A DNA stretch of 64,000 nucleotides from a virus (IMGVR_UViG_2513237141_000002:5308-69307), one strand, 5' to 3'; shown: positions 52,990 through 62,170, counted from the first letter of the stretch. Numbers and translations: made by a program. Notes: a model not told the origin generated them from the letters alone.

Positions 52990-54029
52990 TCAAGAAGGCA
53001 CTCTTGGCGTTAGGCCTGATCGCCGTCGCCACGCAGCCGCTGCGCGCCCAGACATTCCAGAACTATTCGTCCTACGTTCTCGGCCTGCCCCCGGTGGCAT
53101 TCCTCGTTGGTAACGAGAAGTTCGCGGTCATCCAGTCGACCCAGCCACGGTCGGCAACTGCGCAGCAGATCCTCGGCGCTATCAACGGCGACTGCCATTT
53201 CACGTCGTCAATCATATGCGACAGATCGAATGGTGCTCCATTTGCGCCGAGTGCGTTTGCCAACGCCCTGAACGCAAGCAACATCAATCAGGGCACGCTT
53301 GCCAGCGCCAGGATGTCGCCGGTCGCCCTCGGGACGAACGGCACAAATGGCGGTGTCGTAGGCCAACTCACGCTTGGTAACGGTGGCTGCGGCGGCACAA
53401 CGGCCGCATCGTGCCTCAACAACATTGCTCCGACACCGACCCGTGCGGGTGACATTCTTCGCTGGAATGGTACGGCGTGGGTGACCATCCCCGGCAACAC
53501 AGGCTCGATTGGTATTCTCCAAGAAGATGCCAGCGGTAACGCAAGCTGGGTCGCGCCGGGCTCTGGTACGGTTATGCAGGTCAACACCGGGGGCATGGCG
53601 ACGGGCGGCCCGTTCACTACCAGCGGCACCGTCACCGTCACCGCAGCGGCCAAGTCGGACCAGCAGGCAGCCTCTTCGTCCACGCGGGCCGTCACGCCCT
53701 CCCAACAACAATCCCATCCAAGCGCGGCCAAGGCCTGGGTCAACTTCACTGGATCTGGTTCGAATGGTGCTGAGACAATCAATGCGAGCTACAACGTCAG
53801 CAGCGTCACCCGCACCAGTCCAGGTTCGTACACGATCAGCTTCACAACACCATTTGCCGCAACCAACTACGCCTGCTCTGTCACCGCATTTTCTGGTGGA
53901 TCGTTCGGCTGGGGGCAGGTGGTCAGTGCGGCGACCGGCAGCGTCTCCATTGCGTTCGTCACGATTAGTGGCGGCTCACTCGTAGGCTTCGATCCCGTTG
54001 GACAGGTCATCTGCTTCGGGACGCAGTGA
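52986..54029 (+). CDS. tail fibre-related protein
   Basis: Gly/Thr-rich; C-terminal AKAWVNF...SYNVSSVTRTSPGSYTISF; apparent N-terminal signal-like segment. Confidence 0.7.
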   Translation: MIKKALLALGLIAVATQPLRAQTFQNYSSYVLGLPPVAFLVGNEKFAVIQSTQPRSATAQQILGAINGDCHFTSSIICDRSNGAPFAPSAFANALNASNINQGTLASARMSPVALGTNGTNGGVVGQLTLGNGGCGGTTAASCLNNIAPTPTRAGDILRWNGTAWVTIPGNTGSIGILQEDASGNASWVAPGSGTVMQVNTGGMATGGPFTTSGTVTVTAAAKSDQQAASSSTRAVTPSQQQSHPSAAKAWVNFTGSGSNGAETINASYNVSSVTRTSPGSYTISFTTPFAATNYACSVTAFSGGSFGWGQVVSAATGSVSIAFVTISGGSLVGFDPVGQVICFGTQ

Positions 54030-54058
54030 AGCCAACTTTCAAATACGCCCATCCAAAC

Positions 54059-54081
54059 CCCGCCCTTGAGGCGGGTTTTTT
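54059..54081 (+). terminator. intrinsic terminator
   Basis: CCCGCC-CTTGA-GGCGGG followed by T6. Confidence 0.8.
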
Positions 54082-54093
54082 ATTGGAGAGCGG

Positions 54094-54704
54094 CTAGAGC
54101 AGGAGACCGAGAGATCGCATGTGTTCCATAGGGTCTCTGGCGTGTTTTTTGAGATTACATGGCCCGCATAGCAACTGGATGTTTTGGGCCAATTTGTGCC
54201 GCCTCTTGCCAGAGGTGTGATGTGGTCGGTGTGATCTTCGTCGCCGAGTTTACGGCGACAAATCGCGCATCGGTTGCGCTGTAATTTTCTGATCCTGGTG
54301 ATATCGTCTGCGGTGTGGAATCCTTCTGCGGCTCGGCGTCGAGCCCGACTGACCCGATGGTATAGACGAGATTTCTCAGGATTAGCAGCTTGCCAAGCGC
54401 GATCCTTGGCTCGTTTACGCTCCTTATTCTCTTCTCTCCATCGCTTACCGCTAGCAAGGCAGGCTTCGTGATTCTCGTACCAATACTTCTTCATATAATG
54501 GATTTGAGATTCGCGATTGGCTGAGTACCAAGCAGCGCGCGTGACCTTGCCGCGCCCTTGGTTGTCCCTGAACCACTTCCTGGCTCGTGCTTTGGCGCAC
54601 TCCTTACAAGTCGCGCTGTAGCCAGACTTGCTCCTGCCGTTCCGGTGAAAATCGGTGAACGGCTTCGACTCTCTACACACCGAACATCTCTGCATGACGC
54701 CCAC
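54094..54704 (-). pseudogene. HNH homing endonuclease with a 1-nt frameshift inside the HNH motif
   Basis: CSVC/CKEC N-terminus; DHITPLARGGTNWPK then shifts at the T4 run 54182-54185; adding one base restores NIQLLCGPCNLKKHARDP...LLL and a stop at 54094. Confidence 0.8.
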
Positions 54705-54737
54705 TCTACCATAAGTGGAGCGCCAAAGGGAAACTTT

Positions 54738-56807
54738 ATGGACAGACCCATAGTTTACAGCGCGGCCCTCCCGCAGACGACCGACGTGCTCAATGTCGGC
54801 AAGTTCGGGATGGTCGGCACCGCGTGGCTCTCGCAGGCGCTGCTCGGCCCCAATACCGTCGTTGCCGGATTAACGTGTCAGCCGACGTCTCCCACCGCCT
54901 CGCTCAACGTCGTCATCGGGCCGGGCTCAATCTACCAGCTCGATCCAACAGATTCGACGTCGTATGGCGATCTCGGAGTCGACAGCACTGTCATCATGAA
55001 GCAGGGCCTGTTTCCGGTGGCCCAGTCGCTCACGATCACGCCGCCGGCAACGACTGGCTTCTCCATGACCTATCTGGTCGAGGCGGCGCTGCAGGATACC
55101 GACTCCGGCATTACCGTCCTGAGTTATTTCAACTCCGCGAACCCGGCGCAGCCATTCAGCGGACCATCGAACTCCGGTTCATCCAACGCCACGACACGCA
55201 CCTCGGTCGTGGCCGTGACGCTCAAGGCCGGCGTTCCTGCCGCAACCGGCAGTCAGCTTGCCCCCAATGTCGATCCCGGCTTCGTCGGGCTCTACACCAT
55301 CACGGTCGCCAACGGTGCGACGCAGATCCTGTCCGGCAATATCGTTCAACTTCCCCTTGCGCCATTCTTTCCGACGCTTCCATCAGTACCAAACAACGTT
55401 CAGCTGCAATCCTGGGTTTATGCTGGCACCGATACCGGCGCCGCCAACGCTTACGTCATCACGTTCGGGGCGAACGATCCGGTCCCGACCTCCTACACGG
55501 TCGGCATGAAGGTGAGTTTCACGGCTCAGCATGCCAACACGGGCGCCAGCACCATCAATGTGAACGGTCTCGGTGCGGTCTCAATCTTCCGCGCATCCGG
55601 CGTCGCGGTCGCCAGCGGCGACATCAGCTCCGGCCAGATCGTCGAACTGACCTATGACGGCGCCCACTTCCAGATGGCGAACTATCTGGGCAGCGGCACC
55701 AACACGAACTCCAGCACGGTGGTCGGTGTCCCGTATGTCGCTGACACCGGCACCCAGAACCAGCTTATTGCGACGTTCAGCCCGGCTATCACAAGCGGCC
55801 AGCAGGTCGCAGGTCTCGTCGTCACGGTCAAACTTGCCAACAACATCACCGGCGCCTGCACGATCAACGTCAACGGCCTCGGCGTCAAGAATGTCACGCT
55901 CGGCGACGGCACCAACCCGCCGTTCAATGCCTTCGTCGCCGGCATGGACTTGATGATCGAATACGACGGTACCGAGTACCAGATCGTCAACACCTCGGCC
56001 GGCATGTTCTATCGCCGGCCGACTGGCAATATCAATATCTACGTCAATACCTCGACGGGCTCCGACACGCTCTATGACGGCACCAGCGCCACGGTGACGG
56101 GCGTCGGCACGGCCGGGCCGTTGAAGACGATCGGCAAGGCAATGCTGGTTGCGTTCGGCTATGCGCCGAGTCAGTTCTCAATCACGATCCAGGTTGCCGC
56201 TGGTACCTACAGCGAAGCGGTCGCGACCCCTGCTTATGCTGGTCCGAATGTCATCATCAATGGCGCGAGCACAGGCAGCGTCACCATCAGCAGTGGTGCC
56301 GCGAACTGCATCGAGGTGCAGGGGCCAAACACCATGACCGTGCAAAACCTGACCATCCAGAACAATGGCAACCCGAATGCCGTAGGCTTTGCCGCAGTGT
56401 CGGGTGCCACGATGACCACCAGCACTACGGCGAGTAACACGGTCGGCGGCCCAGTGTTCTACGCCAACGCCGGCGGCACGATGAACCCCGGGTCGCACAC
56501 GTTCAGCGGCGGTTGCGAAGCGCTGTTTGGGGGATTCTTTCAGGGCACCGTCTTCGTCACCAGCAGCACGTACACATTTTCGACGCCCATCTCCGTGTCG
56601 ATTGCATCGGCGCTGGCATTCAACGGCACCGTCAATATCAACAACCAAACGCCGCCAAATTTCGTCAACGCCAATTTCGTCAGCGGTGGCAAGTACTCTG
56701 TCCAACTGAACGGGGTCATCACTGCCCAGACGTTGGGCGTCAATTTCCTACCCGGCACAATAGCCGGGGCTTCGTTGTCGAACACCGGCGGCCAATATTT
56801 GCCATGA
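54738..56807 (+). CDS. tail fibre/receptor-binding protein with a C-terminal beta-helix-like domain
   Basis: Two DTG..N..(V/I) repeat modules (ANTGASTINVNGLG; NITGACTINVNGLG); IYVNTSTGSD...PLKTIGKA...IQVAAGTYSE. Confidence 0.85.
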   Translation: MDRPIVYSAALPQTTDVLNVGKFGMVGTAWLSQALLGPNTVVAGLTCQPTSPTASLNVVIGPGSIYQLDPTDSTSYGDLGVDSTVIMKQGLFPVAQSLTITPPATTGFSMTYLVEAALQDTDSGITVLSYFNSANPAQPFSGPSNSGSSNATTRTSVVAVTLKAGVPAATGSQLAPNVDPGFVGLYTITVANGATQILSGNIVQLPLAPFFPTLPSVPNNVQLQSWVYAGTDTGAANAYVITFGANDPVPTSYTVGMKVSFTAQHANTGASTINVNGLGAVSIFRASGVAVASGDISSGQIVELTYDGAHFQMANYLGSGTNTNSSTVVGVPYVADTGTQNQLIATFSPAITSGQQVAGLVVTVKLANNITGACTINVNGLGVKNVTLGDGTNPPFNAFVAGMDLMIEYDGTEYQIVNTSAGMFYRRPTGNINIYVNTSTGSDTLYDGTSATVTGVGTAGPLKTIGKAMLVAFGYAPSQFSITIQVAAGTYSEAVATPAYAGPNVIINGASTGSVTISSGAANCIEVQGPNTMTVQNLTIQNNGNPNAVGFAAVSGATMTTSTTASNTVGGPVFYANAGGTMNPGSHTFSGGCEALFGGFFQGTVFVTSSTYTFSTPISVSIASALAFNGTVNINNQTPPNFVNANFVSGGKYSVQLNGVITAQTLGVNFLPGTIAGASLSNTGGQYLP

Positions 56808-57019
56808 TCCCAAATCTGATCCCGAGCGATTGGTACTGGGCGGCTAAAGACGGCCGCATCTATTCCAGTAGGCGCGACGCCTTCGTCTACTATGCCGATC
56901 CGGCATTCGAGGCCGGCAATTCGTCGCCATGGCCAACTGACGCAACCGGCAAGCAGACCAACGCCGCACTGCTCGCCGTGCTCCAGTTCTACGGCCTGAC
57001 CAGCAAGGCCCTGAAGTGA
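56804..57019 (+). CDS. small fibre-associated protein/chaperone
   Basis: MIPNLIPSDWYWAAKDGRIYSS...; ATGA overlap. Confidence 0.65.
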   Translation: MIPNLIPSDWYWAAKDGRIYSSRRDAFVYYADPAFEAGNSSPWPTDATGKQTNAALLAVLQFYGLTSKALK

Positions 57020-57058
57020 GCGGCAATCTTTACTGAATCTTTCCCGCGCGGAGTTCTC

Positions 57059-58300
57059 ATGAGTACGCTGCTTGGAATGCCATGGCAGGATATCCTGCCG
57101 TGGTTGGCGGTGATTGTCGCATTGTTAACGCTGCCTTGGGTGGCGTTGATTATCGTCTATGTCGGTGGTCTGATCCAGCTATCGAAGACACGATCTCTCA
57201 ACGATAAGCTGCTCGACTCGATCGATAAGGCTCTTGAAAGGGCACAGACGGCCGCCCACGGGCCTGCCCCGGTGCCCGCCCCTGTACCGCCCCCGACTCC
57301 GGCCCCCGCACAGACGCCCGCACCCGCGCCGCCAGCCCAGCCCCCGCAGACTGCGCCGCCAGCGCCCGCCGCGCCCTATGCCAATGCGCCATGGGTCAAT
57401 CTGGCGTTGCACGAGATCGGCTTCCACGAGACCGGCAACAACCAAGGCATCTCCCGCTACATCGCCATGGCCCATTGCGGGGCCGAGGGTGACCCGTGGT
57501 GCGCGATATTTGCCAACGCCATGCTTGAGCAGGCGGGTGTGCCGGGTACGAAGTCGCCATCCTCGCAATCCTTCCGCACCGATCCGAACTTCATCCCGCT
57601 CAGCCAGCCCGCGCGTGGCGCGATCGTCGTCTATTGGCGCATCTCCAAGGCCAGCGGGCAGGGGCATGTCGGCTTCTATTGGGGCGAGGATTCCGCCCAT
57701 GTCTGGACCCTCGGCGGCAACGAGAACGACATGGTCCAGATCGAGGCCTTGCCGAAGGATAGCTCCTCGTTTGGCCTGATCGGGTATTGGTGGCCGAAGG
57801 GTGTGCCGCTGCCCAAGGGTGGCCCCGTGATGATGCCGGCGGGTTCTCCGGTCAGTATCCAGGCTACGCCAGCCGTCGCATCAGCGCCCACGTCTGCCCC
57901 GGCAAACGGCGTCCAGACCAATATCACCGCGACTGTGTTCGGCGGCCAGACCTCGGCCTATGGCCCGCCGATCAACGACAACAGCCCCGGCGTCGCGCTG
58001 CCGTATCGGTTCTCTAGCCCGAGGCCGCGGGTGCGCGTCATGAACGCAAGCACCAATGCTTCGGTCGACTGCGACATCGTCGATATCGGCCCGTGGAACA
58101 TCAACGATCCCTATTGGCAAACCGGCGCGCGTCCGCAGGCCGAGAGCGGCACCGACCTCGGCCAGACAGGCAAGGTCCGCCAGACAAACAAAGCCGGAAT
58201 AGACCTCACCGCCGCCGCTGCGAAGGCAGTAGGGGTCGATGGGAAAGGCTTGGTCTCGTGGAGCTTCATCGACGATCCATCATCCCCGAAAGTTTCGTAA
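57059..58300 (+). CDS. endolysin: N-terminal TM, Pro-rich linker, CHAP/TIGR02594-like domain, DPBB/RlpA-like domain
   Basis: PWCAIF (Cys), GHVGF (His), TLGGNE; ATVFGG...VDIGPW...AGIDLTAAAA. Confidence 0.8.
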   Translation: MSTLLGMPWQDILPWLAVIVALLTLPWVALIIVYVGGLIQLSKTRSLNDKLLDSIDKALERAQTAAHGPAPVPAPVPPPTPAPAQTPAPAPPAQPPQTAPPAPAAPYANAPWVNLALHEIGFHETGNNQGISRYIAMAHCGAEGDPWCAIFANAMLEQAGVPGTKSPSSQSFRTDPNFIPLSQPARGAIVVYWRISKASGQGHVGFYWGEDSAHVWTLGGNENDMVQIEALPKDSSSFGLIGYWWPKGVPLPKGGPVMMPAGSPVSIQATPAVASAPTSAPANGVQTNITATVFGGQTSAYGPPINDNSPGVALPYRFSSPRPRVRVMNASTNASVDCDIVDIGPWNINDPYWQTGARPQAESGTDLGQTGKVRQTNKAGIDLTAAAAKAVGVDGKGLVSWSFIDDPSSPKVS

Positions 58301-58312
58301 AGGAGAGAGTAA

Positions 58313-58600
58313 ATGACTGTTGATATCAAGAGCGTCGCCGGTACCGTTGCCACGGTCGACGAGACCGTGATGCAGGCGCTGCCGTTCATCTCTGCCATCA
58401 TCGGCTTCGTTCCCGGCGCGGCGGTCGCTGTCCCGTTCATGCCGCTGGTCGGCGAGGCGCTCATGGCGCTCGACAACGCCGCCAAGGCGGTTGCGGCGGG
58501 CAACAACGGCGCCGCGGTTCAGGACATCTTCACCGAGATCATGAACCATCTGACGCCCGGCAAGCCGAACTCTACGGCGCTATCGGCCACCACTCCGTAA
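58313..58600 (+). CDS. hydrophobic/amphipathic lysis-cassette protein
   Basis: AGGAGAG RBS; hydrophobic core LPFISAIIGFVPGAAVAVPFMPLVG. Confidence 0.65.
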   Translation: MTVDIKSVAGTVATVDETVMQALPFISAIIGFVPGAAVAVPFMPLVGEALMALDNAAKAVAAGNNGAAVQDIFTEIMNHLTPGKPNSTALSATTP

Positions 58601-58610
58601 GGGGGCGTCC

Positions 58611-58889
58611 ATGACCCCCGAGCAAGTCAGGGAGATCGCCGAAGACGTCGCAAGAATCGTCGCCGCAGAAGCGGCAAAGGAGGCCGTCAAGGAGACTCTC
58701 ACGGCGCTCGGGGTGAAGGTCGACAATCTCCCGGAGGAACAGCAGGTGTGGGCCTTCGCCCGTACCATGCAGCAGGGGACGCATCGCGGCGTTCGTGTGC
58801 TGATCACCAGCACGCTCGGCGCGGTCGTCACCCTGGTTGTCGGATGGATCTGGTACGCTTTCTTCAAGCAGATACCCCCGCATCCGTAA
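58611..58889 (+). CDS. holin-like membrane protein
   Basis: Coiled N-terminus with one C-terminal TM helix; lies in the lysis cassette. Confidence 0.55.
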   Translation: MTPEQVREIAEDVARIVAAEAAKEAVKETLTALGVKVDNLPEEQQVWAFARTMQQGTHRGVRVLITSTLGAVVTLVVGWIWYAFFKQIPPHP

Positions 58890-58952
58890 AGACCACCACG
58901 TCGGCGTGTTCGAACCGCGCCGACGTTGCTTCGTCCAACCCACGGGGCCTAT

Positions 58953-59915
58953 ATGCCCGCGCCTAGATGCTCTGATGAAGAGTTCATGCAACTCTTTAGC
59001 CAGATGGGTGCCGCCAAGCTTGCAAGGCACCTTGGTATCACGTCTGAAAGGCAAGTCTACGCACGACGACGCGCCATTGAGACTCGTTTATCGGCGTCTA
59101 TCCCGCCGCCGATGGTCGGCGGACCGCCGAGCTTCAACTATCCCGGTTGCGTCAATCTCTCCCTGAAGAACGGCACCATTCTCGTCGGTGGAGATTTCCA
59201 CCTCTGGCCCGGCAGAAACCCCGTATGCTTGCGGGCTTTCAAAAAGTTCGTCGACGACATCAAGCCAGATGTGGTGATCCTCAACGGTGACGTTTTGGAC
59301 TTCCCCAAGATCAGCCGACACCCCCAGAACTGGGAGAGTGCGCCTGATGTTTGGGAGGAGCTAGAATGCGCGCAGGACCACTTGCACGACATCGAGCAGC
59401 GCTGCAAGCGCGGGGCTAAGAAGGTCTGGCCGATCGGTAATCATGACCAAAGGTTCGAGAACCTTCTCGCCAACTCAACTCCGCAGTTGAAGAAGGTCAA
59501 AGGAGTCCATCTAGCCGATCATTTCCCGAACTGGGAAAAGGCTATGTCGTGCATGGTTAATTACGGCCTTGAGGCTGGTCGTACCATGATCAAGCACAAG
59601 CCGATGGGCAACGGCAAGCATTCTGCGTACAACGCCGTCAAGGCAACTGGCACGCACACTATATTCAATCATCTGCACGCGCAGAAAATCAGCCCGGTCT
59701 CCGATTATCGCCCCTTTGATCTCTATGGCGTGGACACCGGATGCATCGCTGACAAGGAAGATCAGGCCTTCGGATACACAGAGAACAATCCTCTGGACTG
59801 GCGGTCGGGCTTCGCACTGCTGACCTACCTCGACGGACGCCTGATGTGTCCCGAGTTAATTACGAAGCTGACCGACACCTCGGTCTACTTTCGCGGGCAA
59901 GTCATCCGAGTGTGA
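58953..59915 (+). CDS. calcineurin-like metallophosphoesterase with an N-terminal HTH
   Basis: GDFH, LNGDVLD, IGNHD, NHLH motifs. Confidence 0.88.
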   Translation: MPAPRCSDEEFMQLFSQMGAAKLARHLGITSERQVYARRRAIETRLSASIPPPMVGGPPSFNYPGCVNLSLKNGTILVGGDFHLWPGRNPVCLRAFKKFVDDIKPDVVILNGDVLDFPKISRHPQNWESAPDVWEELECAQDHLHDIEQRCKRGAKKVWPIGNHDQRFENLLANSTPQLKKVKGVHLADHFPNWEKAMSCMVNYGLEAGRTMIKHKPMGNGKHSAYNAVKATGTHTIFNHLHAQKISPVSDYRPFDLYGVDTGCIADKEDQAFGYTENNPLDWRSGFALLTYLDGRLMCPELITKLTDTSVYFRGQVIRV

Positions 59916-59924
59916 GGTCTGGTC

Positions 59925-60278
59925 GTGAACGTCGCAACTTGCCTCCAAGGCTTGCCGCGCACGCTCAAGATAGGGGCCTATGACTGGGCGGTCGTCGTCA
60001 TCGACGGCGAGCACGATCTGTGCGGGCAGGCTGTCTTTGCGGAAGACCAAATACGTCTCTGGCCGGCCAACATCACGACACCCGGCCACGCCGTCGGCAT
60101 CGTGCTGCACGAATGCTACCACGTCATCTACCACAATGAGAGCTTGCGCACGAAGCGGCTCAATGGTTCGCGTGAAGAGGCGATCGTGGCCGGTTTCGAG
60201 ATCGGGACAATCTCGCTGCTGCGCGATAACCCCAAGCTGCTCACATGGATGAAACGTTGGCTGGGGGCGAACCGATGA
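59925..60278 (+). CDS. HExxH Zn-metallopeptidase-like protein
   Basis: IVLHECYHVI followed by EEAIV. Confidence 0.75.
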   Translation: MNVATCLQGLPRTLKIGAYDWAVVVIDGEHDLCGQAVFAEDQIRLWPANITTPGHAVGIVLHECYHVIYHNESLRTKRLNGSREEAIVAGFEIGTISLLRDNPKLLTWMKRWLGANR

Positions 60279-60709
60279 CCGCATACCTGATTCAAGAGGT
60301 CGACGGCCTCGCCAAAGCCGAGATCATCCGCTATCTCAACGCGCAAGAGCCGGACACATTCCCGGCACTGTCTGACAAGCATTTGAATGGTTACTGGTGG
60401 CTTGCTCGATCGGCCCATAACCACATCGTCGGTATGGCGGGTATGGTGCCATTCTTCGAGCGCGACGACGGCATTGGTTATTTCAAGCGCACCTATGTCG
60501 TAGAGGGGGCAAGGGGCAGGGGCATCCAGCGCCTTTTTATGGCCGCCAGAGAGGCCAAGGCTAAGGAGGTCGGTTACCGACTCCTAGTGTCCGAGGCGTT
60601 CGAAAATCCGCATTCCGAGCGAAATTTCTTGGCATTCGGATTCGAGACGTTCATACCGGAACAACCTTGGGGCAAGCCTGGTTCGACGTATTTCCGCAAG
60701 AGGATTTGA
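60275..60709 (+). CDS. GNAT-family acetyltransferase
   Basis: YVVEGARGRGIQRLF (acetyl-CoA motif A), SERNFLAFGF. Confidence 0.88.
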   Translation: MTAYLIQEVDGLAKAEIIRYLNAQEPDTFPALSDKHLNGYWWLARSAHNHIVGMAGMVPFFERDDGIGYFKRTYVVEGARGRGIQRLFMAAREAKAKEVGYRLLVSEAFENPHSERNFLAFGFETFIPEQPWGKPGSTYFRKRI

Positions 60710-60993
60710 TGCGACGTTGCTACGTGGCTGGACGAATTAGAAGCCAGAGGGATTACCGGGAGCGGTTCGCCAAGGCGGCCGAAAGACTCAGGCGCGAGGG
60801 CTGGTCTGTCTACAACCCGGCAGCCGCAAACCTTGAAGGCCTGCCGCTGGCACGCATCATGGCTCACGTTCTCCCGCAACTCTGTGAGTGTGACGCCATC
60901 GCGATGCTGCCGGGTTGGTGGATGCGGCTCGGCGGCGCATGGATTGAGTATCTGCTGGCACGGTATCTAGGATTACAGCGAATCTATCTCTAG
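60709..60993 (+). CDS. DUF4406 / nucleoside 2-deoxyribosyltransferase-like protein
   Basis: CYVAGRI..YRERFAKAAERL...YNPA...CDAIAMLPGW...GAWIEY.LA. Confidence 0.85.
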   Translation: MRRCYVAGRIRSQRDYRERFAKAAERLRREGWSVYNPAAANLEGLPLARIMAHVLPQLCECDAIAMLPGWWMRLGGAWIEYLLARYLGLQRIYL

Positions 60994-61191
60994 CCACTGC
61001 GCACCGTTCCAAATGATGCGGACGGGGTCGAGTGGCACCATAGACGCCAGCGGCTCCCACGGCGAAGGCGTAAGCGGCATAAGCTGCCGTATCTCGCCCA
61101 TTGCGGGCTTGCGGTCGGGACGAACGGGCAGCAGCTCATAAGTTACGACGTGTTCGCCGTTGTTAAGTTTGGTCAGTAAAGATTCAATCAT
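60973..61191 (-). CDS. hypothetical protein
   Basis: ORF converging on the DUF4406 gene. Confidence 0.5.
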   Translation of the reverse strand: MIESLLTKLNNGEHVVTYELLPVRPDRKPAMGEIRQLMPLTPSPWEPLASMVPLDPVRIIWNGAQWLEIDSL

Positions 61192-61246
61192 AGGATGCCT
61201 CTGATTTTAACCTAACCTATAAGCAAGAAGAACCGCCGCCTCATCT

Positions 61247-61284
61247 GGCCCCGCTGCTCCGAAGGGAGTGGCGGGGCTTTTTTG
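61247..61284 (+). terminator. intrinsic terminator ending the rightward transcript
   Basis: GCCCCGCTGCTCC-GAA-GGGAGTGGCGGGGC followed by a T-tract. Confidence 0.8.
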
Positions 61285-61288
61285 TCGT

Positions 61289-61492
61289 TTAGGCATCATC
61301 GCCCATATCGTCTATGCCGTCGCTCCACATTCCATCCAAAATGCTGTCCAGATCCTGAACCAAGTCAGAGACGCTATACTCAGCCGTAAGACTCACATTT
61401 CCGGGAAGCTCATGCAGCCAATCACGCAGGGTCTGGAGATCAGAACCACTTAGGCGCTCATTTTTATCGAATGGTCTAAGTTCCGTCTTCAT
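61289..61492 (-). CDS. hypothetical protein
   Basis: MKTELRPFDKNE...; GAGG RBS. Confidence 0.6.
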   Translation of the reverse strand: MKTELRPFDKNERLSGSDLQTLRDWLHELPGNVSLTAEYSVSDLVQDLDSILDGMWSDGIDDMGDDA

Positions 61493-61502
61493 TTGCGCTT
61501 CC

Positions 61503-61805
61503 TCAGGGCGACTTACGGTTAGCGATCTGTAGCAGAATGTCTGCATGACACGGCTGGTCAAGTGGACAGAAGCAGGCCAGATTTTTGCCCTTCAGGATGC
61601 GCCTAGCGGCCTCTGCGAGCGACGAATCCGGCGGGCAATAGCCGGCAAATTGAACAACAGCATATGCCCGGCCGATCGCATCGTTCGTTGGCGCTTTGAA
61701 CGGATTCCCCCAATCTGTTCCGCGGCCGACATAGACCGTATTTGGCGGCATGCGCCATCCCTTCGTTCGTTTCCGTTGGATGCGCTGTGGCTGACTGTCT
61801 GTCAT
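61503..61805 (-). CDS. DUF4326 family protein
   Basis: QRIQRKRTKGWRMP..VYVGRGTDWGNPF...LKGKNLACFCP...CHADIL. Confidence 0.9.
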   Translation of the reverse strand: MTDSQPQRIQRKRTKGWRMPPNTVYVGRGTDWGNPFKAPTNDAIGRAYAVVQFAGYCPPDSSLAEAARRILKGKNLACFCPLDQPCHADILLQIANRKSP

Positions 61806-61933
61806 GGCTTACCTATCTCAGGGCGATCGCCGCCGAGAGTCATGCTTGGCCTGCACAAAGCAGGCCCCGGCCGCAAAGCCGAGCATGAAGACGGAGACGG
61901 TTAAAAGGATCAGGTCGCCCATTGTGGCTTATC

Positions 61934-62167
61934 TCAGGGGGATGGGCGGGGAAGGTGGGGTAGCGCCATCCAGTGTGTCGGTTCATCGCCCGGCATCTCG
62001 CCAAACTTAGACCGCTCGCTCGTGCCAGAGTAATACCAACGTCCGGCCGCTGTGTAGAAATGCCCCATGCGTATCCATTTCTTCTCGGCGTGGCATAGCA
62101 GTAGCCACGGGCCGAATGGCCCCTTCAGGGCTTTGGGTGCGGTTGAAATCGGTTGCCAGCCTGTCAT
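61934..62167 (-). CDS. DUF551-like protein
   Basis: WQPISTAPK...PTHWMALP. Confidence 0.85.
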   Translation of the reverse strand: MTGWQPISTAPKALKGPFGPWLLLCHAEKKWIRMGHFYTAAGRWYYSGTSERSKFGEMPGDEPTHWMALPHLPRPSP

Positions 62168-62170
62168 GGC

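Noticed and set aside
54178-54190. Programmed -1 frameshift restoring the HNH gene
   Set aside because: CCC AAA ACA does not fit the X XXY YYZ slippery pattern in the reading frame; a deletion or assembly error is more likely
54738-57019. Diversity-generating retroelement targeting the tail fibre
   Set aside because: No reverse transcriptase in the window and no template/variable repeat pair noticed
57241-57380. GC-rich quasi-repeats that could look like an array
   Set aside because: They encode the Pro/Ala linker of the endolysin; no constant repeat-spacer structure, so not CRISPR
61203-61222. Possible CtrA box (TTAA-CCTAACC-TATA)
   Set aside because: The second half-site does not match TTAA; a single weak hit is not enough
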